NCBI GenBank assembly: GCA_021820485.1
Contig: JAKADO010000006.1
Span: forward strand, 1,926 to 65,925
DNA from: Bacillota bacterium
Lineage (GTDB): Bacteria; Bacillota; Sulfobacillia; Sulfobacillales; Sulfobacillaceae
DNA: 64,000 nucleotides
Direction of reading: 5' to 3'
Of this stretch, positions 58,263 through 64,000 are shown in pieces (within the stretch, counting starts at the first letter, position 1; the number at the start of each line of letters is the position of its first letter). Position numbers and translations under genes: made by a program. The notes beneath the pieces were generated by a model. It ran no database searches and was not told the DNA's origin. It saw nothing but the letters and a program-made list of their open reading frames with translations.

Positions 58263-59665
58263 GCGCCCCGCCCTCCCACTAGACAGCGTTCAATCCGCAA
58301 GGACGGCGCATGATGACTGACAGGCAAGGGCATTTGACCCGCCTTGCCACAGCCCCCGCCGCCTTCATAGCGGACAAAATCATTGCCAACCGCCGTAATA
58401 GCGGCCAACGTGCTAAATACGTTGCCCGTCAATACCGCATTGCGTAGCGGAGTCGTGACCACACCATCTTCGATGAGATAGGCTTCGGCGGCCAAAAACG
58501 TGAATAGTTCACCATTGGTTTGTCCTCCATGGGTGCCCTTGGCGAAAATTCCTCGCTTGATGCCCCGAAACAAGTCTTCGAACGGGGTGTCTCCGGGCGC
58601 AATGACGGTATTGCGCATGCGTACGATGGGGGGAAACCGATAATGCAGAGCGCGGGCATTGCCAGTCGGCTTTTCACCGAGGCGCGCGGCCGTTTCACGC
58701 GAATGCAGGCGGCCCACCAGAACGCCGTCCTTGATAAGGTCGATATCCGCAGCCTCCACACCTTCATCATCGACCGGAAGATATCCACGGCTGCCAACAT
58801 CTCGCCCAGTATCATAGATGTGCAACCCCTTGGGTCCGAAATTCCGTCCAATATACATTTCCGCCAAGAGACCCGCGTCACCGACTTGGCCATCGGCCTC
58901 ACTGAGGTGGCCGAACGCTTCATGTGCAAACACACCGGCCAAATGCGGATCAACCACCACGGGGTATTCGCCACCCACGACCTCTGGCGCGTTCAAAAGC
59001 TCTACAGCCGTCAATGCCGCACTTCGCACCTCTTCCTCCAACCCCCGCACTGCCCCGAAATCGTTGGACGATCCGAACGACACACCGCGCTGGGCAACTC
59101 CCGTACGGTCGCGCGCTACGACAAGAATGGTGCCCCCCAAGTCGAGTTTTTCCTGCTCAATTGCAGTCCCGCGATTATTCACAAACCACAGGTGACGGTA
59201 CCGATCGAAATATCGAGCATTGACCGATCGCACCTGGGGATGCGCGGCGCGCGCGATGTCCGCGTAGTGCAATAACACCTCCACTTTTCCCTCTAAGGGG
59301 ATCGCCATGGGATCTTCGCGCATGTCCAAACGCTGCACGAGTCGAACCGGTTGAACCTCGTCTCTCTTGATTGCCTGGCCAAAATCCAACTGCCACTTGG
59401 CCAACTGAATAGCGTCATCGACATGGCGCTGGATGTTATCCCAGCCGTCGAAATGCACAAATCCAGCGACGCCGTTCACAAATGCCCGAACATTTCCCCC
59501 AATGTCCACCACGTGCGTCTGGGATGTCACCCGTTCGTTCAAGGTGTTAATCTGAGTGGATTCATTAAACTCGAGCCGGATTTCGATTTCGTCGGCTTCG
59601 GCCCTCATGGCTACTGCGGACAGCGCCGATAGAATGCTCTCATCGACCGGATATTGTGCCGACAT
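58259..59665 (-). CDS. tldD: TldD family metalloprotease
   Basis: FAHEAFGHLSEAD zinc motif, VDDEGV, RMRNT, and CGKAGQ..PVS C-terminal Cys ligand. Confidence 0.9.
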   Translation of the reverse strand: MSAQYPVDESILSALSAVAMRAEADEIEIRLEFNESTQINTLNERVTSQTHVVDIGGNVRAFVNGVAGFVHFDGWDNIQRHVDDAIQLAKWQLDFGQAIKRDEVQPVRLVQRLDMREDPMAIPLEGKVEVLLHYADIARAAHPQVRSVNARYFDRYRHLWFVNNRGTAIEQEKLDLGGTILVVARDRTGVAQRGVSFGSSNDFGAVRGLEEEVRSAALTAVELLNAPEVVGGEYPVVVDPHLAGVFAHEAFGHLSEADGQVGDAGLLAEMYIGRNFGPKGLHIYDTGRDVGSRGYLPVDDEGVEAADIDLIKDGVLVGRLHSRETAARLGEKPTGNARALHYRFPPIVRMRNTVIAPGDTPFEDLFRGIKRGIFAKGTHGGQTNGELFTFLAAEAYLIEDGVVTTPLRNAVLTGNVFSTLAAITAVGNDFVRYEGGGGCGKAGQMPLPVSHHAPSLRIERCLVGGRGA

Positions 59666-60009
59666 CTCCCCAACTCCTTATTCCCAGGAAAGCTTCCACT
59701 TTGTTGCTTTAGCAGGATGTGTTGCGAATTTTCTACGCATATCGATTCATATCCTGCCGGAAAATTCGCAGTTGCTTTTTTAACGAATCGTGGCGAAAAA
59801 AGAAGGAGTTGGTCCTGTGAGCAGGGCACGGTGCGAGGGGCCCAAACCGGATGGGGGAGGGGCACGAAGTTCTATAACACGAACCGGTGGGAAGCCCATT
59901 TCAGGGACAACCCACCGCCTATGGCATCTCTTAAGGCTTCGGCCTACGCCGTACTAGTGAATGCGCTCGCGCGATTCCACCGGGCAGGTTGTCCTGAGCC
60001 TCGTGAAGG

Positions 60010-60561
60010 CTAGTGCTGCATGCTCGGGCTTCCCCGTTTGGGATCGGACTGCATGACATTGCGGATTTTCCCCGCCGTCATGCCCATCATGCGCAGTCCA
60101 GCCTGAACATCCTTATCCATCATAAGCCGCATCAGACCACCAAGCCCTCCCAGTCCCGCCGTGTCGGAATGTGTGACATCGCTCAGTTCCCGGGACAGTG
60201 CCTTTAGGGTAGTCGGAACATTGCTTTGCTGGGCTTTATGGATTGTTGCCAGTGCGACCGAATTGACGTTTTCTGGAGTCAAGATCGACGCCAGCATGTC
60301 GACGAGCGCGCGGATTTGCGCCAGTACTCCCTTCTCATGCCATTCCGTCAGCAATTGGAGCGCTTCGCGCACCGCGCCCAGCATGTTGGACGGGGCCAGG
60401 GTCATTAACGAAACCACATAATCGACCGAAACAGCGCCCATGGGTCCGTTCATTGCATCATCGATGACCGATACAATATCTCCTAGTCGGGCCAGGCCAC
60501 GCCATTGCTCGTTCGTCAGCGGAATGGACGACCCTTGTTCCACCATATACGTACTGCTCAT
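60010..60561 (-). CDS. DUF1641-like protein
   Basis: C-terminal GLGGLMRLMMDKDVQAGLRMM amphipathic motif; ATGA overlap with sqr; start moved to 60561. Confidence 0.65.
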   Translation of the reverse strand: MSSTYMVEQGSSIPLTNEQWRGLARLGDIVSVIDDAMNGPMGAVSVDYVVSLMTLAPSNMLGAVREALQLLTEWHEKGVLAQIRALVDMLASILTPENVNSVALATIHKAQQSNVPTTLKALSRELSDVTHSDTAGLGGLGGLMRLMMDKDVQAGLRMMGMTAGKIRNVMQSDPKRGSPSMQH

Positions 60562-61835
60562 ACGCCTACTTCCTTTCCCAGCATTTCGGCAAAGAAGTCC
60601 GCGGCGGGAAGTCCCCACGGCGGCACCTTGCCTTTGGTACGGAAGAACATGTCCTTGTACTGCAATTTCAACAAGAAGGGGATATGCCCCATCCGGAAAA
60701 CTTCTCGATCCCCGCCGTACCACGTGTTGGAACTGATGTAAAAGGCTTCGTTGTGCCCCATGTCTCCGATGCAGTCGACGATGGGATGCATGCGCTCCTC
60801 CCCGGGGGCAATGTGCATGAGCCCAATGTCTTGACAGATTTGTCGAGCCGCCACTTCAGCTCCCATATGAGCCAAAATGCCGAGTTTTGGCACTGTGACA
60901 GCGGCCGCATCACCGCATGCGAAGACATTCGAAAAGCGAGGATTGCGCATGGTCATGTCGGTTTCTACGAATCCCACGTCATCCGAAATCGGCAGGTCCT
61001 TAAGAAACTGATGGGGCACCCAGTCCGGAAATATGATCTTCAACTCGGCTTCAATGTCGGGGCCCTGCTCGAACTCGATCCCGTCCCGGGTTATGCGGCG
61101 AATGTCGTAAGTCTTGTTGACATAGTGATAGCCCATCTTTCCCGCCAGCCCCAACAGCGTTTTCACGATGCCCATGCCGGCATCCTCGGCAATCCATTCG
61201 GCCGGGGTGAAAATGGAGACTTTGGAGGGGCCGCCAAAGTTATGCGCTTCCAGCCAACGTCCAATACTAAGCGACACCTCCACAGGCGGTCCTTCGCACG
61301 CAGCTTCCGCCATCGGCACATATTCACGCGACTTGCTGCCTTGGTGGAATCGTACCGAACCTACCGCGACGGGCCCGCCCTTGTATTCAGAATAGAGATA
61401 CCGCCGCAATTGATTGCCGTAATACGTATCGCTGACGGTATGGCCAAACTCGGCGAAGCCTTCAATTTGGTCATACGCCAGACGTGCGCCAACCGCGATG
61501 ACGACATAGTCATAATGCAGTTTGGCGGTTGCGCTTCCCAAACGCTCGGTAGGCAAAAACTCAATCGTTTGCGATTCCACGTCAATCGATTGCACATCGC
61601 CTTGAATAAATTGCAAGTGATCCTCTTTCATTGCGGGTTCCAGAGGCATGTGCATCGTGTATAAGGGGTCGCGGTCTTCGAAGACTTCAATGCCAATGTT
61701 GGGTATGAATAGCAGATACGGCTTTCGATCGATGACAGTAATGTCCACGGCATCTTGGCCATATTCACGGATCTTTTGCGCAGCACCCAATCCAGCAAAA
61801 TTCGAACCAAGCACCACAATGTGGGGTTTTGCCAA
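60558..61835 (-). CDS. sqr: Sulfide:quinone oxidoreductase-like flavoprotein
   Basis: VLGSNFAG FAD-binding start, YDYVVIAVG, two conserved Cys contexts ACEGPP and CIGDMG, ACGDAA..VPKLG. Confidence 0.75.
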   Translation of the reverse strand: MAKPHIVVLGSNFAGLGAAQKIREYGQDAVDITVIDRKPYLLFIPNIGIEVFEDRDPLYTMHMPLEPAMKEDHLQFIQGDVQSIDVESQTIEFLPTERLGSATAKLHYDYVVIAVGARLAYDQIEGFAEFGHTVSDTYYGNQLRRYLYSEYKGGPVAVGSVRFHQGSKSREYVPMAEAACEGPPVEVSLSIGRWLEAHNFGGPSKVSIFTPAEWIAEDAGMGIVKTLLGLAGKMGYHYVNKTYDIRRITRDGIEFEQGPDIEAELKIIFPDWVPHQFLKDLPISDDVGFVETDMTMRNPRFSNVFACGDAAAVTVPKLGILAHMGAEVAARQICQDIGLMHIAPGEERMHPIVDCIGDMGHNEAFYISSNTWYGGDREVFRMGHIPFLLKLQYKDMFFRTKGKVPPWGLPAADFFAEMLGKEVGV

Positions 61836-61858
61836 ATTCCCTCACCTCCACGGTTCGT

Positions 61859-61882
61859 ATGCCCCACAGGTACTAGGGGTAG
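61859..61882. promoter_or_regulatory. CsoR/CstR-family operator candidate upstream of sqr
   Basis: Minus strand reads CTACCCCTAGTACCTGTGGGGCAT, a TAC + C-tract / G-tract dyad pattern. Confidence 0.3.
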
Positions 61883-62036
61883 TCTGGTATTCCCTGGGAA
61901 GGAACCCGCCCTCGAAATTTAGAGGCTAGAGCAAGAGGGGGAGCCAGAAGACGCGGCATAAATTGTTTCAACCAGCACATCTTGATAGACTGGATCCTAA
62001 GTTGTTTGGCAGTTCGTACAAAAAAGGAGGGATACC

Positions 62037-62660
62037 ATGAATTGGACGGTTTATGTTCGGGAGAAGATGCGCGTGCTGTTTTCGTTGGACACCTGGTTGC
62101 CCACCGAACTACCCGACTATGCGGCGGGTCTTCTGTATACCTTAGGCTCGCTGACGGCCTCGAGCTTCGTGATTCTCGTGCTATCCGGGATTATCATGGC
62201 GGCCAATGGCCCCCAATGGTGGACCATCTCATCCGTGGGATTTTACCTGCGCGGAATCCATTTTTGGTCGGTTCAGGCCTTTTTCTTTTTCATGATCCTA
62301 CATCTTTTACGGGTCTTCTTTTCGGGCGCATGGCGCGGCGGTCGGGAACGGACCTGGATGCTTGGAACCCTCGCCCTGTTGGTCGCCATTCCGACCGCGT
62401 TTACCGGCTATCTCATGCGGGGCGACTTTTACTCGCAATGGAACGCCGTGCAATCGAAAGACGGCCTGAACGCGCTCGGATTCGCCTGGTTCAATCCCTT
62501 AAACGCCGGCCAAATGTATGGCTTGCATGTGGTGGTCATGCCGGTGATTTTAGGAGCGATTATTGCCGTCCACATTGCCTTCATCCGCATCAAGGGCGTG
62601 GTTCCCCCCTATCCGAGTCATGAAGAACTGCAAGAAACCCTGCATGAGGAGGTGCACTAA
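62037..62660 (+). CDS. Cytochrome b N-terminal subunit (b6/QcrB-like, split type)
   Basis: Four TM helices; heme His pairs RGIHFWS...ILHLLR (14 apart) and GLHVV...AVHIA (15 apart, b6 spacing); TGYL..D..SQW. Confidence 0.85.
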   Translation: MNWTVYVREKMRVLFSLDTWLPTELPDYAAGLLYTLGSLTASSFVILVLSGIIMAANGPQWWTISSVGFYLRGIHFWSVQAFFFFMILHLLRVFFSGAWRGGRERTWMLGTLALLVAIPTAFTGYLMRGDFYSQWNAVQSKDGLNALGFAWFNPLNAGQMYGLHVVVMPVILGAIIAVHIAFIRIKGVVPPYPSHEELQETLHEEVH

Positions 62661-63626
62661 TTGCGGCATTACCACCCGCGCATCGATGTCACGCACCGCT
62701 ACCGCTATGTCCCGGCCGATTTCGTGAAGCACCTCTTGAGTACAACGCTCGTGGTCGCGGCACTCACGGCCCTGCTCTCCGGCCTATTTCACGAACCCGT
62801 GCGACCCGCCCTCAAAATTGATGCCTATGCGACCCAGCACCCGAAGGGTTTCTTGACCGTGGCCCTCGGCGATTTGAACGGTACCGGAGCGATCGCGAAT
62901 TACGGCCCGCCCTACAACCATGGAACGGGGTCAGTTCAAGACATCATTCAACAGTGGGTGGGCGTCATTCACCCCGTGTACCCGAAACAAGCTTTTGTGT
63001 TAGAGCCGTTGGCCTATGCCGCACATCTGGACCCCACCCTGACCCCCGCGCTGAACCAGTTCACGCATGCCTCCCCGGCCCAGCAGGCGCTCTGGGAACG
63101 GGCCTTCGGGACCGCGCTGGATCATGCACGGGTCCAAGGTTCCCATGTGCTGTTGCCTGGGGGCGCGTATGGGCCGGTCGGCACGATGATGCAAGGGCTT
63201 TTGCATCTCGGACAAAGCGGGTTGATGACGGGTGCCCTTGACCGAAGTCCTGCAGACTACCAATTTGACAATCAGAACGCCTTATTGTTCTTGCAGGGAC
63301 ACCCCTTGCACAGCGCCGCCAAAAAACTCGAGTTGGAGGGCAATCAGTGGGGGATCATTCACGAAGAGCGCGCACCCTATCCAGGCCCTTGGTGGATGAC
63401 CATTGTCACAGCCATCTACCAATTGCCCTTTATCGCCAATGCCAGCGCCGCGGACGCGTTGGCGCTGGGAGCCGGCATGGTGGTTTTTCTCGTCTTGATG
63501 TTCGCGCCCTGGATCCCCGGAATTAACCGGCTGCCGCGGCTATTGGGCGTTCACCGGCTGATTTGGCGCAATTATTACGCCACGCACCAGGCGGACTCGT
63601 CCGATGGTCCATCTGTTCCGTCATGA
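62661..63626 (+). CDS. Cytochrome b C-terminal/subunit IV-like membrane protein with a large extracytoplasmic insertion
   Basis: Starts immediately after the cyt b stop; TM, about 200-aa soluble region, YPGPWW motif, TM, LMFAPWIP; no CxxCH. Confidence 0.55.
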   Translation: MRHYHPRIDVTHRYRYVPADFVKHLLSTTLVVAALTALLSGLFHEPVRPALKIDAYATQHPKGFLTVALGDLNGTGAIANYGPPYNHGTGSVQDIIQQWVGVIHPVYPKQAFVLEPLAYAAHLDPTLTPALNQFTHASPAQQALWERAFGTALDHARVQGSHVLLPGGAYGPVGTMMQGLLHLGQSGLMTGALDRSPADYQFDNQNALLFLQGHPLHSAAKKLELEGNQWGIIHEERAPYPGPWWMTIVTAIYQLPFIANASAADALALGAGMVVFLVLMFAPWIPGINRLPRLLGVHRLIWRNYYATHQADSSDGPSVPS

Positions 63627-63808
63627 AACGCCGTATCGGGATTTTACGGTTCGTATTAGGGTCAGTAGTGGGGGTCTTCGGCTTTGGACTGTTGGGCGTC
63701 TCTGTCATTCCCATTCACTGGCGGCCGCTAATCCTCGGGCTTGTCTTGTTGGGGTTGGGGCTCCTCCTCGCTGTAGGCACCGTGAGCGTCCGCGGACCAC
63801 AACGATAG
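63623..63808 (+). CDS. Small two-TM membrane protein (61 aa)
   Basis: ATGA overlap with the upstream gene; basic N-terminus then two hydrophobic helices. Confidence 0.65.
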   Translation: MKRRIGILRFVLGSVVGVFGFGLLGVSVIPIHWRPLILGLVLLGLGLLLAVGTVSVRGPQR

Positions 63809-64000
63809 CGGAGACGATCCATTCTCCGAATACCACTCTGGGGTACGACATGGCAGTGATCGCGACCGAATTTCTATGAAAGGCGTCGCGATCCCGCCTG
63901 CGCAAGGCTGGATCAGGTAGAACTCGATCGAGCCTCACCTTGACATCGCGAAATGTTCCTTCCCTCATCAAAATTGATCGGTCCGTCACCGTCGATGATG

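Noticed and set aside
56922-59665. TldD/E as a sign of a RiPP (microcin-like) biosynthetic cluster
   Set aside because: No YcaO, dehydrogenase, radical SAM, lanthipeptide enzyme or precursor-like ORF nearby; the context is peptide uptake
63705-63989. 94-aa minus-strand ORF at the right edge
   Set aside because: Overlaps the 61-aa plus-strand gene, has no recognisable motif, and cannot be judged without flanking sequence
1-64000. CRISPR arrays, tRNA/rRNA genes, IS elements, prophage or integrase genes
   Set aside because: No regularly spaced repeats, T-loop/cloverleaf signatures, transposase, integrase or phage motifs were seen by eye; short or degenerate elements could have been missed

Overview
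About 64 kb of high-GC (roughly 60% by eye) bacterial chromosome. The GGAGG-type ribosome sites, lipoprotein solute-binding proteins, secretin-less Tad pilus, B. subtilis-type CheY/CheC, CtaA and SQR point to a monoderm Firmicute, plausibly Sulfobacillus-like (inference, not verified). Main blocks, in order: (1) 0.4-9 kb: SDR, two orphan family-5 peptide-binding lipoproteins, heme A synthase, proline iminopeptidase and an aldo/keto reductase. (2) 9.7-20.6 kb: Tad/Flp pilus locus (tadE-tadG-flp-cpaB-cpaE-cpaF-tadB-tadC-DUF192) with a divergent second cpaE, a GT-C-like membrane protein and a minimal site-2 protease, but no prepilin peptidase. (3) 20.7-26.2 kb: qor-MaoC-CitE operon, a SAM-I riboswitch in front of a 120-aa orphan gene, a frameshifted thiolase and an acyl-CoA dehydrogenase. 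(4) 26.2-35.3 kb: S9 peptidase, APC permease-amidase-gabT operon, a second GT-C-like protein and a hydrolase. (5) 35.4-49.1 kb: unusual chemosensory cluster (cheW, CheA-CheV fusion, cheY, degenerate HD-GYP, cheC, cheB, cheR, and a CheY-binding-peptide/SpoA mini protein), two chemoreceptors (one soluble with a C-terminal domain), a decayed HD-GYP gene and a GGDEF cyclase. (6) 49.8-59.7 kb: tldD-pmbA-peptide ABC (no ATPase)-atypical racemase-deleted pepA-MFS-ArsR run. (7) 60-63.8 kb: sqr-DUF1641 divergent from a split, Rieske-less cytochrome b operon. I found no CRISPR array, tRNA, rRNA or IS element. All family calls come from motif recognition by eye; no database search was run.
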